Source of the DNA: an uncultured Acidobacteriota bacterium
Lineage (GTDB): Bacteria > Acidobacteriota > Thermoanaerobaculia > UBA5066 > DATFVB01
Direction of reading: 5' to 3'
NCBI GenBank assembly: GCA_963813155.1
Contig: CAWEYG010000003.1
Location: forward strand, 576,001 to 640,000
Length of the DNA stretch: 64,000 bases
Position numbers and translations under genes: made by a program. Positions 38,439 to 49,984 of this stretch are shown here, in pieces. The notes under the pieces are model-generated. The model ran no database searches. It was given only the letters and a program-made list of their open reading frames with translations, and was not told the DNA's origin. The first letter of the stretch is position 1. The number at the start of each line of letters is the position of its first letter.

Positions 38439-40141
38439 GCGACGGTCCGCGCGGCCTGGGGATGAGCGTCGAGAGGAATCAGATCGCCGTTCTCGTAGGC
38501 TTTCAGGAGAACGTCCGTCACGCGGGAGTCGAAGCGGCTGCCGGCCAGGCTCTGAATCCGCTGAATCACGTACGACACTTCCATCGCCTTCTGGTACGGC
38601 CGCGTCGTCGTCATCGCGTCAAAGGTGTCCGCCACGCTGACGATCCGCGCCTGGAAGGGGATCTCCTCGCCCTTCAGGCCGTCGGGATATCCTCCGCCTT
38701 CCCATTTCTCGTGGTGGTGCTTCATTCCGGGAATGATGTCCGCCAGCTGGGGAATCGCGGACATGATCGCGGCGCCCTTGGACGGGTGCTGCTTCATGAT
38801 CTCGAACTCTTCGTCCGTCAGGGCGGTGGGCTTGCGCAAAATGCGGTCGTCGATGCCGATCTTTCCGACATCGTGAAGGAGAGCCGACAGACGAATTCGC
38901 CGCACTTCTTCGGGCGGCAGCTCCATCGCACGCGCGATCGAAACGGCATAGCGGGCGACGCGCTCCGAGTGGCCCCGCGTGTAGGGGTCCTTCGCGTCGA
39001 TCGCCGCCGCGAGGGCGCGCACGGACGAAAGGAACAGCTCGTGGTTCTCGCGGGCGGCGCTCTTGAGCTCTCCCATCGCGGTCTCGATGGATTCGCTCAT
39101 CCGGTTGAACGAAAGCGACAGGTCGGCGATCTCGGCCGCGCCGCGCACCTCGACCCGATTTCCGTAGCGGCCCTCGGCGATCTCCCGCGCCTGTTGCGCG
39201 AGAGCGCGGATCGGCGAAGCGAGGCGCACGGCGATGAGAACGCCGACGCCGATCGCGAGCGCGAGCGCGAGAAGGCTCCAGAAGACGGTCTCGTTCGTCA
39301 TTTCCGCGACCGAGGCGAACGCGAGGCGCTGATCGCGTTCCACGAGCACCGCCCAATCGGGATTTTCCACCGGGACGATCGACCCGAGGAGCGACTGCCC
39401 TCCGGCGTCGTACGCCCGCGTGAGACGAGCGGGCGACTGACGATAGTCCGCGACGAGACCTCCGGCCGGGCGCGCTTTCGGGCGGTTCTTGGAAGTCAAA
39501 AGGATGTTTCCGTCCCGATCCAGAAGCGTGACCGTGATCTCCTGCCGGGCTTCGTCCTCGATCTGTCGCTCGACGGGGGCCCAGGAAACGAGGCCCTCCA
39601 CGACGCCGAGAACCTCGTCTTCCTGGCTGACGACCGGCTCCGCGAGGACCACGACGGCCCCCGGGAAACCGTCGGCGCGCACGGGCTTGCCCGAGAAACG
39701 GCGCCCGTCGCGAGCTTCGAGGTAGCCCTTGCGCAGCTCGTCGTCGATCGACGGCGGGAGATTCCGGGGACCGATCGCGCCGCCGCGCCCCTGCCGGTCG
39801 ATCGCCCGGAGCGCGAGAAACGTCGACCGCCCCTTGACGAAATCGGGAAGGATGCCGGCCTCCGAGGCGAACGGATTCTTTCCCGAGAGCGCCTCGGAAT
39901 ATTTCATGGTGTCGGCGAGCGTCGCCAGCTGTTCCTCGCTCGCCCGGTAGAAATTCGAGATGGATTGCGCGAGTCCGGCGGCCGACCGGGCGGTGTACTT
40001 CTTCTCCATCGTCTCGAGGCTGTCCCGGTTCCGGCCGATGAGAATCAGGTCCGAAATGACGAGAGGCGTCAGCGAGACGATCGCCAGGGCGCCCACGAAG
40101 AGCGCGAACAAGCGGATCCGGGGGGACTGGGCCTGACTCAC
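38435..40141 (-). CDS. Membrane Cache/HAMP HD-GYP phosphodiesterase
   Basis: Two TM helices, HAMP, DAKDPYTRGHSERV, LHDVGKIG, HHEKWEGGGYPDGL. Confidence 0.92.
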   Translation of the reverse strand: MSQAQSPRIRLFALFVGALAIVSLTPLVISDLILIGRNRDSLETMEKKYTARSAAGLAQSISNFYRASEEQLATLADTMKYSEALSGKNPFASEAGILPDFVKGRSTFLALRAIDRQGRGGAIGPRNLPPSIDDELRKGYLEARDGRRFSGKPVRADGFPGAVVVLAEPVVSQEDEVLGVVEGLVSWAPVERQIEDEARQEITVTLLDRDGNILLTSKNRPKARPAGGLVADYRQSPARLTRAYDAGGQSLLGSIVPVENPDWAVLVERDQRLAFASVAEMTNETVFWSLLALALAIGVGVLIAVRLASPIRALAQQAREIAEGRYGNRVEVRGAAEIADLSLSFNRMSESIETAMGELKSAARENHELFLSSVRALAAAIDAKDPYTRGHSERVARYAVSIARAMELPPEEVRRIRLSALLHDVGKIGIDDRILRKPTALTDEEFEIMKQHPSKGAAIMSAIPQLADIIPGMKHHHEKWEGGGYPDGLKGEEIPFQARIVSVADTFDAMTTTRPYQKAMEVSYVIQRIQSLAGSRFDSRVTDVLLKAYENGDLIPLDAHPQAARTVA

Positions 40142-40149
40142 CCGAGTGA

Positions 40150-41199
40150 TTATAAGGCGATCGAGGACAAAACGCGGCGCAGCGCGTCCTTCCATTCGTC
40201 CGTCGAAACCTCCCGGAGGCAGGGCGCGCCGGGCCGCTCCAGCAGGACCGCCGTGGTGGCCGCGGGAAGTGAACTTCTTGTCGTGCGACAGGGCGTTCCA
40301 GAGGTTGCGGTCCTCCGGGTCGATCCCCGCGGCGGCGGCCGGTTTCCCAACGAAGTTCGCGAGCTCTTCCGAGAGCCGCTCGGCCTCGCGCTCGGGAAAG
40401 CCCGCCCGGCTTGCCGAGAGAATCAGGGCCGCCGACATTCCGAGGGCAACGGCTTCCCCGTGGGTCAGGCGGCGGAAGCCCCCCTGGGCCTCGAGCGCGT
40501 GCCCGAGGGTATGCCCGAAGTTCAAATGGCGGCGTTCCCCCGCGTCCCTCGGATCGCGCGCGACGATCTCCTCCTTGATCCGGACGGCCGCGCGAAGAGC
40601 CTCGTCGACCTCCCGCCCTTCCGAGATCGCCTCGAGGCGCCCCGACATCATCCGCGTCATCCCGGCGTCGCCGACGAGGACGGTCTTGTAGACCTCGGCG
40701 AGCCCGCTTCGAAACTGGCGGGCGGGCAGTGTCGCAAGAAAATCCGGATCAATCACCACTCCCGCAGGCAGGTGAAAGCTTCCGATCAGGTTCTTTCCCG
40801 CGGGATGATCGATCGCCGTCTTGCCCCCGATCGCCGCATCGGCCATTCCGAGCAAGGTCGTGGGAATTGCGTACCACTCGACTCCGCGCAGCAGAACCGA
40901 GGCCGCAAATCCTGCGACGTCGGTCACGACGCCTCCGCCGGCCGCGACCACAAAATCGTCCCTCCGCGCTCCAGCCGCGAGGGCGGCGTCGAGAACGAAG
41001 CGGAGAGTGTCGAAGTTCTTCGCCTCCTCCCGGTCGTCGATCGCGATCTCGAAGGCTTCGCGGAACGAAAGGGCCTCGCGAAGGGCGGCTCCGTGGAGGC
41101 GCAGCACTTCGCCCGACGAGACGAGAAACGCGCGGCCGGAAGGAAACCCGAACGCCCCGCCGAAGCCCCGGATCTCTCCCCTGCCGAATCGGATGGACG

Positions 41200-41203
<4 letters not shown>
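40150..41203 (-). CDS. aroB: 3-dehydroquinate synthase (frameshift near 40260)
   Basis: GGGVVTDVAGF, PTTLLGMADAAIGGKT, LNFGHTLGHALE, HDKK; true C-terminus in ORF 40150..40350. Confidence 0.92.
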
Positions 41204-42962
<1,759 letters not shown>

Positions 42963-42966
<4 letters not shown>

Positions 42967-44189
42967 ACGACCTCCGAGATGGGGACCGTGCGCTGTTCCC
43001 GGGTCCGAAGGTTCTTCATCGTCACCGTCTGGCCGCGGACCTCGTCGGGACCGACGATCGCCGCCTCCCCGAAGTCCAACTCGGACGCGGCCGCGAGCCC
43101 CTTTTTCATGCCCTTGCCCGAAAGGTCGAGCTCGACGCGCGGCCGGGTGCGCCGCAGCCGCGACGCCACGGCGAGGGCATAGCCCGCCTCCCCGTCGCTC
43201 ATGGGAATCACCCGAACCCCTTCGCCCTCCCGCGGCGGGACGGCGGGAAGCAGATCCACGAGCCGGTCTTCGCCGATCGCAAAACCGACGCCCGGAAGGC
43301 TCGGGCCCCCGAGATCCGCGACGAGACCGTCGTATCGCCCGCCGCCGAGAATCGCGTCCTGCGCGCCGAGATCCGAGGATGTCACCTCGAAGACCGTCTT
43401 CGTGTAGTAATCGAGACCGCGCACGAGCTTCGGGTTCTCGAAGAACGCCACGCCCCCCTCCGAGAGAAGCGATTTCAACTCCTCGTGGTGGGCGCGAGAC
43501 TCCGCGTCGAGATAGTCGATCGCCCGCGGCGCGTTCTCGAGGAGATTCGCGGCGGCCGGGTCTTTCGAGTCGAACAGGCGCAGGGGATTTTCCTCGAGAC
43601 GGCGCCGGTCGTCCTCGCCAAGCCGATCGAGGTGCCCCTCCGCGAAAGCCCGGATCGCGGCGGAAAACTTCTCCCGCCCCTCTCGCCCCGGAACGGCGTT
43701 CAAGGCGACCGACAACCGCTGGAAGCCGAGCGCGCCGAGAAAATCGAACAGCAGGAAGAGAATTTCGGCGTCGCCGGCGGGACCCGGTGCGCCGAAAAGC
43801 TCCGCCCCGATCTGCCGGAACTCGCGGTATCGCCCCTTTTGCGGGCGCTCGTAGCGAAACTGGGGGCCGATGTAGAAGAGACGAAGCGGCATCGTTCCCT
43901 GGTCGAGGCGGTTCTCGATGACCGCGCGCACGACGCCCGCCGTGTTCTCGGGACGGAGAGTGAGCGAGCGATCGCCGCGATCCTGGAACGTGTACATCTC
44001 CTTGTGGACGATGTCGGTGGATTCGCCGACCGAGCGAACGAAGAGGTCGGTCGATTCGAGGACGGGCGTGCGGATCTCTCCGTACCCGTACGACGCGAAG
44101 ACCCGGCGCACCGCGTTCTCGACGTGAATCCACCGATCCGTCTCGGGTGGAAGGAGATCCCGCGTGCCCTTGACGCGCGAAACTTTCAT
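42963..44189 (-). CDS. hisS: Histidine--tRNA ligase
   Basis: LRPENTA, RYERPQKGRYREF, LVRGLDYY, GGGRYDGL. Confidence 0.97.
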
Positions 44190-44719
44190 CCTGCCCACTT
44201 TCCGTCGACACGGTAGTACTCCGCCTTGTACCCGAGATAGTGGAGGTGGTAGTTCTTCAGGTCGTCCACTTCCGCGTCCGAGAGCACCTTCGCCTGCCGG
44301 GCGGGCGCTCCGAGCCACAGCGTGCGGGGCGGAACTTTCGTCCTTGGCACGACGAGCGCGCCGGCCCCGATGAATGCGGATTCGCCGACGTCGGCGCCGT
44401 CCATCACCGTCGCGCGGATTCCGACGAGCGCTCCGCGCCGAACGGTGGCCCCGTGCACGATCGCTCCGTGGCCGAGAGTCACTTCCTCTTCGAGGACCGT
44501 CGGGTGCGTCTTCTGGGTGACGTGGATCGCGCAGTTGTCCTGGATGTTCGTCCGGTCCCCGATGCGGATGAAATGACAGTCGCCGCGGACGACCGAGTTG
44601 TACCAGACCGAGACGTCGTCCCCGAGCACGACGTCGCCGATGACGGCCGCCGTCTCGGCGAGATAGACCCTTTCTCCCAGCACCGGCGTCTTCCCGCCGT
44701 ACGATTTCACGATTCCCAC
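44186..44719 (-). CDS. Gamma carbonic anhydrase family protein
   Basis: VIGDVVLG, VVRGD, NIQDN, GHGAIVHG. Confidence 0.93.
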   Translation of the reverse strand: MGIVKSYGGKTPVLGERVYLAETAAVIGDVVLGDDVSVWYNSVVRGDCHFIRIGDRTNIQDNCAIHVTQKTHPTVLEEEVTLGHGAIVHGATVRRGALVGIRATVMDGADVGESAFIGAGALVVPRTKVPPRTLWLGAPARQAKVLSDAEVDDLKNYHLHYLGYKAEYYRVDGKWAG

Positions 44720-44742
44720 GCGGCCTCCGAAAGACCGGCAGT

Positions 44743-45351
44743 TTAACCCGATTCCGGCCAGGGGTACGCGCCGCGCCGAAGCAGCCGGGGCGGGTCGAAA
44801 CGGGCGTCGACGAGCGTCGACGAGCGCCGTCCCGGCGTCGCTCCCCCGTCGATCAGGAGATCGAGAACGCCGCCGAACGCGATCTCGACCTCGTTCGGAT
44901 CGGAGAGGGGCGGGCTGCCCGAGATGTTCGCGGAGGTTCCCGTCAACGGGCCCGTCCGGCGCAGGAGCTCGCGAAGGTCCTCCCGGTCCGGGATGCGGAC
45001 CGCGAGGGAAGCGTCGCCCCCCGCGCATGGGATCTCGCGAAACGTCGGAAAGATCACCGTCAACGGCGCCGGCCAGAGCGGCCGGAATCGTTCCCATTCC
45101 GCGGATTCCTCGATCCCGAGCTCTTTCAGGTGTTCCGCCCCGGCGAAGAGAACCGGCAGAGCCTTTTCCGCGCTCCTCCCCTTGAGCTCGAAAACGCGGC
45201 CCACCGCCTTCGCGCTGCCCGGGTTCGCCGCGAGCGCGTAATACGTCTCGGTCGGAATCGCCGCGACGCCGTCGGACGCGAGGAACTCGCGAAAGGCGCG
45301 AAGCTCTTCCTCTGAGGCGAGGAGCGCCTCCAGGGAGAGGCGGCGCGTCAT
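44743..45351 (-). CDS. tsaC: L-threonylcarbamoyladenylate synthase (Sua5/YrdC)
   Basis: PTETYYAL, LKGR, AVRIP, TSANISG. Confidence 0.93.
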   Translation of the reverse strand: MTRRLSLEALLASEEELRAFREFLASDGVAAIPTETYYALAANPGSAKAVGRVFELKGRSAEKALPVLFAGAEHLKELGIEESAEWERFRPLWPAPLTVIFPTFREIPCAGGDASLAVRIPDREDLRELLRRTGPLTGTSANISGSPPLSDPNEVEIAFGGVLDLLIDGGATPGRRSSTLVDARFDPPRLLRRGAYPWPESG

Positions 45352-45375
45352 CGGGGGGTCCGCCGGGCTCCGCCT

Positions 45376-46413
45376 TCAGCCCGCGACATATTTCGAATAG
45401 AGGTCCCGGGCGCGGACGAGGTCCTCCGTCCCGCGAACGACGCAGCGGCCGTCGGAAAAGAGCGTGAGCAGCACGTCCTCGACCGGAACGGAGACAACGT
45501 GGGGCGACCTCTGGACGGTTCCGTAGCGCGACCACGCCCGGGCGAGGCTTTCCAGGTCCGGACGCGAGCCGCCCCGCGATACCACCTGCACGCTGTTCCG
45601 GCCGCACAGCTTGACCGCCTCCGATGCGCCTTCCCCGTCGAGCGCGGGATAACGCCGGCCCGCGCACACATCGCAGAGAACGGTCGGCCCGGCCGATGCG
45701 AATGCGCGGACCGGCGAGACGTCGCCCTCCCAGACGGAAAGGGTGAGCACGCCCCGCGAAGGAGCCTTCCCGACGGCGATCCGGAGGGCTTCGCTCATCG
45801 CGAGCGACGCCACGAGCGGAGGGAGCGCGGGCACGACGCCGGCCGTCTCGCAGGTCGGTCCTGTTCCCCCAGCGGGAAGCGCGCCGAGATAGCAGCGCAA
45901 GCAAGGGCAGCCCGGGTCCGGCGTCGAGACGGCGACGAGCCCGTCCGAACCCACGCAGGCCGCATAAATCGTCGGAATTCCGAACCGCTTGCCCGCGTCG
46001 GACACGAGGAAACGAGTTTCGAAGTTGTCGCTGCCGTCGACGATCACGTCGTGGCCCGAAAGCAGGTCCTCGACGTTTCGAAAGTCGAGGTCCGCGACGA
46101 CGGGGCAAAGCTCGACGGCGGAGCTCATCCGTGCCAGCCGCGAGGCCGCGGCCTCGGCCTTCGGGGAGACGGCCCGCGCGTCGGCTTCGTCGAACAGGAA
46201 CTGGCGCTGGAGATTCGATTCCTCCACGACGTCTCGGTCGATCAGCGAGACCCGGCCGAACCCCGACCGAACCGCGATCTCCGCGGCGACGGTCCCGACG
46301 GCCCCGACGCCGACGAGAGCGATGCCCGCCCGCCCGATCGTCTCCTGGCCTGCCGCGCCAATGCCCGGAAACGATTCCGAGCGCGAATAACGCGAACCTT
46401 CCGACCTGCTCAT
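45376..46413 (-). CDS. ThiF/MoeB family adenylyltransferase
   Basis: RYSR, GVGAVG, DRDVVEESNLQRQ, CLRC, LCGRNSVQ. Confidence 0.92.
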   Translation of the reverse strand: MSRSEGSRYSRSESFPGIGAAGQETIGRAGIALVGVGAVGTVAAEIAVRSGFGRVSLIDRDVVEESNLQRQFLFDEADARAVSPKAEAAASRLARMSSAVELCPVVADLDFRNVEDLLSGHDVIVDGSDNFETRFLVSDAGKRFGIPTIYAACVGSDGLVAVSTPDPGCPCLRCYLGALPAGGTGPTCETAGVVPALPPLVASLAMSEALRIAVGKAPSRGVLTLSVWEGDVSPVRAFASAGPTVLCDVCAGRRYPALDGEGASEAVKLCGRNSVQVVSRGGSRPDLESLARAWSRYGTVQRSPHVVSVPVEDVLLTLFSDGRCVVRGTEDLVRARDLYSKYVAG

Positions 46414-48095
46414 CGGGCCCTCACCGCGCCCTTCGCGGTGGACTTCAAGAGCTCGCGGGCGTGGTCTCGCGCGGTCGCCGTCACCATTTCCCCGGCCAGC
46501 ATTCGGGCGATTTCCTCGTTTCTGTCCTCACCGGCCAGTTCTTCGATCGACGCCCTCGTCCGGCCCCGCGCGACCGTTTTCACGGCCCGCAGGTGCCTGT
46601 CGGCGAGCGCCGCGATCTGAGGCACGTGCGTCACGCAGAGCACCTGGTCCCGCGCCGAGAGCGCTTTCAACTTCCGGCCGACGACTTCCGCGACCCGTCC
46701 CCCGATCCCCGCGTCCACTTCGTCGAAGATGAGCGTGCGAGGAGCAGCCTTGCTGCGGCGAAGGCACGCCGACTCGATCGCGAGCTGGACCCGCGACAGC
46801 TCGCCGCCCGAGGCGACCTTCGAGAGGGGGCGTTCCGGCTCGCCGGGGTTCGCGGTGAACAGGATCTCCGCCCGGTCCAGACCGCGCGGGGCCACCGGCT
46901 CGGCCCGTTCCGCGAGCTCAATGCGGAATTTCGCCTTGTCCATCGCAAGGTCCGACAGCTCGCGCCGGACGTCGGCCGAAAGCTGCCCCGCGGCGTCCCG
47001 GCGCCCCGCGGACAGATCCCGCGCCGCGGCGAAATACTCCTCTCGCGTCCGCTCGCACTCTTTCGCGAGCCGCTCGAGCGAGTCGTCGAGATTCGAGAGC
47101 GCCTCTTCCTCGCCCGCGGCCCGGTCCCGATATGCGAGGATTTCCGCGACGTCCGCGCCGTACTTCTGTTTCAAACGGGCGAGCTTCGCGAGCCGGTCTT
47201 CGAGCTCCGCGAGGCGTTCCGGATCGGATTCGATCGAGGCGGCGGCGTCCCTCGCCACCGCGGCCAGATCGGCGATGCGCGACTTGAGCTCCCCGCACTC
47301 CCGCTCGGCCTCGGAAAAACCGCCGTCGATCCGCGCGAGGTCCGACAGCGCCCGATAGGCCGCGCCGAGTCGATCCGCCGCCGACCCCTCGTCCTCGGAG
47401 AGCTCCAAGACGGCGGACTCCCCGAGCTGCCGGATGCGGTCGGCGTGCAGCAGGCGATTTCGCTCCGACGCAAGCGCGGCCTCGTCGGTTCCCTCGAGCC
47501 GCGCCTCCTCGATCTCCCGGATCTCGTAACGATGCCGGTCGAGAAGGCGATCGCGGTCCCGGCGGGACGCTTCGAGCTCGTTTTTCCTCGCCTCGGCCGC
47601 GCTCACCTGCGCCGCCAGCCGCTTCACGCCGGCGGCGAGGGCGCCGAGATCGGGCGAATCATCGAGAAGATCGAGCGCCGCGTCCGGATCGAGCAGCCGG
47701 CGCTCGCCCCCCTGCCCGTGGATTGCGAGCAGCGCTTCGCCGATTCGAGACACCGTCCGCGCCGTCGCCGGCTCGTCGTTGACGAACGCGCGGCCCCTCC
47801 CGTCGGCGCCCATTTCGCGCCGGACCAGAAGGTCCCCTTCCATCGGAACGCCCGCCTCCTCGAGAATCCCGCGCACCGTGGCCGCGGCGTCGAAGCGGGC
47901 GGCGACCGACATCTTCTCGGAGTCGTGCCGCAGCATCTCGGCTGAAGCCCGGCCGCCCGAAAGCAGCGTCAGGGCGTCGACGAGAATCGACTTGCCGGCG
48001 CCCGTCTCGCCGGTGATCGCGGTGAAGCCCTCGCCGAGCGCGAGCGTGAGGTTCTCGACGATCGCGAAATTCCGAATCGAGAGGTCGCGCAGCAC
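46410..48095 (-). CDS. recN: DNA repair protein RecN
   Basis: TGETGAGKSILVDAL, ASGGELSR, FDEVDAGIGG, VTHVPQIAA. Confidence 0.97.
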   Translation of the reverse strand: MLRDLSIRNFAIVENLTLALGEGFTAITGETGAGKSILVDALTLLSGGRASAEMLRHDSEKMSVAARFDAAATVRGILEEAGVPMEGDLLVRREMGADGRGRAFVNDEPATARTVSRIGEALLAIHGQGGERRLLDPDAALDLLDDSPDLGALAAGVKRLAAQVSAAEARKNELEASRRDRDRLLDRHRYEIREIEEARLEGTDEAALASERNRLLHADRIRQLGESAVLELSEDEGSAADRLGAAYRALSDLARIDGGFSEAERECGELKSRIADLAAVARDAAASIESDPERLAELEDRLAKLARLKQKYGADVAEILAYRDRAAGEEEALSNLDDSLERLAKECERTREEYFAAARDLSAGRRDAAGQLSADVRRELSDLAMDKAKFRIELAERAEPVAPRGLDRAEILFTANPGEPERPLSKVASGGELSRVQLAIESACLRRSKAAPRTLIFDEVDAGIGGRVAEVVGRKLKALSARDQVLCVTHVPQIAALADRHLRAVKTVARGRTRASIEELAGEDRNEEIARMLAGEMVTATARDHARELLKSTAKGAVRAR

Positions 48096-48112
48096 GCGGG
48101 GATTTTATCCCC

Positions 48113-48886
48113 TTACGGGTGGGCCTTCTTCTGCGCCACCTTCTTCGCGGGCACTCCGCCGAAGATCTCGTAATCCCCGATCTCCCTGTTCGCGACCGAA
48201 TGGGACGCGAGGATCGAGTCGTGGCCGATCTGCACGCCGGAGAAGACCGTCGAGTGGTAGGTGATCCGGGCGTTGTCGCCGATCACGGTTCGGCCGAGGG
48301 ACACGTCGTTGATGTCTTCGACGGCGTGCGAGTGCGAATAGATGTTCGCGTAGTCCGAAATCGACACGTTGTTGCCGATCACGACTTCGCCCCGGTCGTC
48401 GATCAGGACGTTCCGGTGGATCGTCACGTTGTCGCCGACGCTCAGGTTGTAGCCGAAAGAAAACTCGCAATCGTGGAAGATGCGGACGTTCTCCCCGCAG
48501 CGCCGGAAGACGCGGCGGGCGAGCATCCCGCGGACCTGGGTGCCGAGCAGAATGTTCCTCCCGACGGGCGAATGATCGAACATCTGCCAGAACCAGAGGA
48601 GGGGCTTCGTCTTCGCCCATTTCTCCAGGTCGATCTCGTTGTAGTACTCCGCCTCCAGGGTCGCGTTTCTCGGATCGAACGAGGCCGCGGCCACGCTCGA
48701 GGCCAGGGCACCCGGGTGCGAGGCAACGGAGCCTCCCGCGGCCCCGGCGTACAGCCCGGCGAGCGTCTCGCGAACGACGTCGTTGCGGTCGGAAGCCGGG
48801 TCGTCGAGCCTTGCCGCCAGGTCGGCGACGAAGCGTGGATAGAGGCTCTCCGCGAGCTCTCCGGAGCGGAAGCTTCTCAGCGTCAT
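48113..48886 (-). CDS. Left-handed beta-helix acyltransferase
   Basis: Hexapeptide repeats, GGVPAK. Confidence 0.88.
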   Translation of the reverse strand: MTLRSFRSGELAESLYPRFVADLAARLDDPASDRNDVVRETLAGLYAGAAGGSVASHPGALASSVAAASFDPRNATLEAEYYNEIDLEKWAKTKPLLWFWQMFDHSPVGRNILLGTQVRGMLARRVFRRCGENVRIFHDCEFSFGYNLSVGDNVTIHRNVLIDDRGEVVIGNNVSISDYANIYSHSHAVEDINDVSLGRTVIGDNARITYHSTVFSGVQIGHDSILASHSVANREIGDYEIFGGVPAKKVAQKKAHP

Positions 48887-48971
48887 AGGCGGCAGATTCT
48901 AGTATCCCGCCGCGGGAATAGCGAGAGTCGCGCCGGAGGACTAGAATCGACCTGCCGACCGGAGGTTCGCC

Positions 48972-49781
48972 ATGAACTTCGCGAAATACCACGCGCTCGG
49001 AAACGACTACCTCGTGTTCCATTCGAAAGACTTCGACCGGGAATTGACGCCCGCCCAGATTCGCCGGATCTGTCACCGGCAGTACGGCGTGGGCGCCGAC
49101 GGCATCCTCTGGACTTCCATCCATCCCGAGAGCCGCGAGTTCTCCCTGCGGATCTTCAACCCCGACGGCTCGGAGGCGGAAAAGAGCGGCAACGGAGTCC
49201 GAATTTTCTCGCGTTTCCTCTGGGATCTCGGCTACATCAACGACGAGGAGGTCGAGATCCGGACGCCCGGCGGACCCGTCTCGACCGTCGTCCACCGGCG
49301 AGGCGACCAGGTCACCGTGCGCCTCGGAAAGGCGAGCTTCCTCGTGCTCGAGGAGCCGATCGAGGCCGCCGGCCGCCACTACAAATTTTCCGGCGTCACT
49401 TTGGGAAACCCGCACTGCGTGATCCTGCTGCCGGAGATCTCGCGAGCCGAGGCGATCGCGGCGGGACCGGTCATCGAGACGGACCCGCGTTTTCCGAATC
49501 GGACGAACGTTCAGTTCGTCCGCGTCGCCAGCCCTTCCCGCATCGAGATCGAAATCTGGGAAAGGGGCGCCGGTTACACGCTCTCCTCGGGAACGAGCAG
49601 TGGCGCGGCCGCGGCCGTCGCCCGGAAGCTGGGCTTCTGCGGTCCGGAAATCCGGGTCGCGATGCCCGGCGGCGAGGTGGCCGTGGAAATCGGCCCGGAA
49701 TTCGAGGTGACGCTCACGGGACCGGTCACGAGCGTGTGCCACGGAACTCTCTCGGCCGAGCTGTTGCAATCCGCGAAGTGA
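48972..49781 (+). CDS. dapF: Diaminopimelate epimerase-like protein (Ser in both catalytic positions)
   Basis: KYHALGNDY, GVGADG, AEKSGNG, GNPHCV, FPNRTNVQF, WERGAGYTLSSGTS. Confidence 0.88.
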   Translation: MNFAKYHALGNDYLVFHSKDFDRELTPAQIRRICHRQYGVGADGILWTSIHPESREFSLRIFNPDGSEAEKSGNGVRIFSRFLWDLGYINDEEVEIRTPGGPVSTVVHRRGDQVTVRLGKASFLVLEEPIEAAGRHYKFSGVTLGNPHCVILLPEISRAEAIAAGPVIETDPRFPNRTNVQFVRVASPSRIEIEIWERGAGYTLSSGTSSGAAAAVARKLGFCGPEIRVAMPGGEVAVEIGPEFEVTLTGPVTSVCHGTLSAELLQSAK

Positions 49782-49984
49782 CCCGGCCGGAAGAAACCGC
49801 GCCTCCGCCCGACCCCGGGCTGTGCGGCGACTGCCGGCATTCCCGAATCGTCCGTTCGGATCGGGGCGCGTCGTTCTATCGCTGCGGGCTCTCCGACGCC
49901 GACCCGTCGTACGCCCGGTTCCCCGCGCTTCCGGTTCGCTCATGCGCGGGATACCATCCGCGCTGGAGCAAGGAGAATTCATGA
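49778..49984 (+). CDS. Small Cys-rich hypothetical protein
   Basis: GLCGDCRHSR...FYRC...FPALPVRSCAGY; overlaps dapF stop and M28 start by 4 nt each. Confidence 0.7.
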   Translation: MTRPEETAPPPDPGLCGDCRHSRIVRSDRGASFYRCGLSDADPSYARFPALPVRSCAGYHPRWSKENS

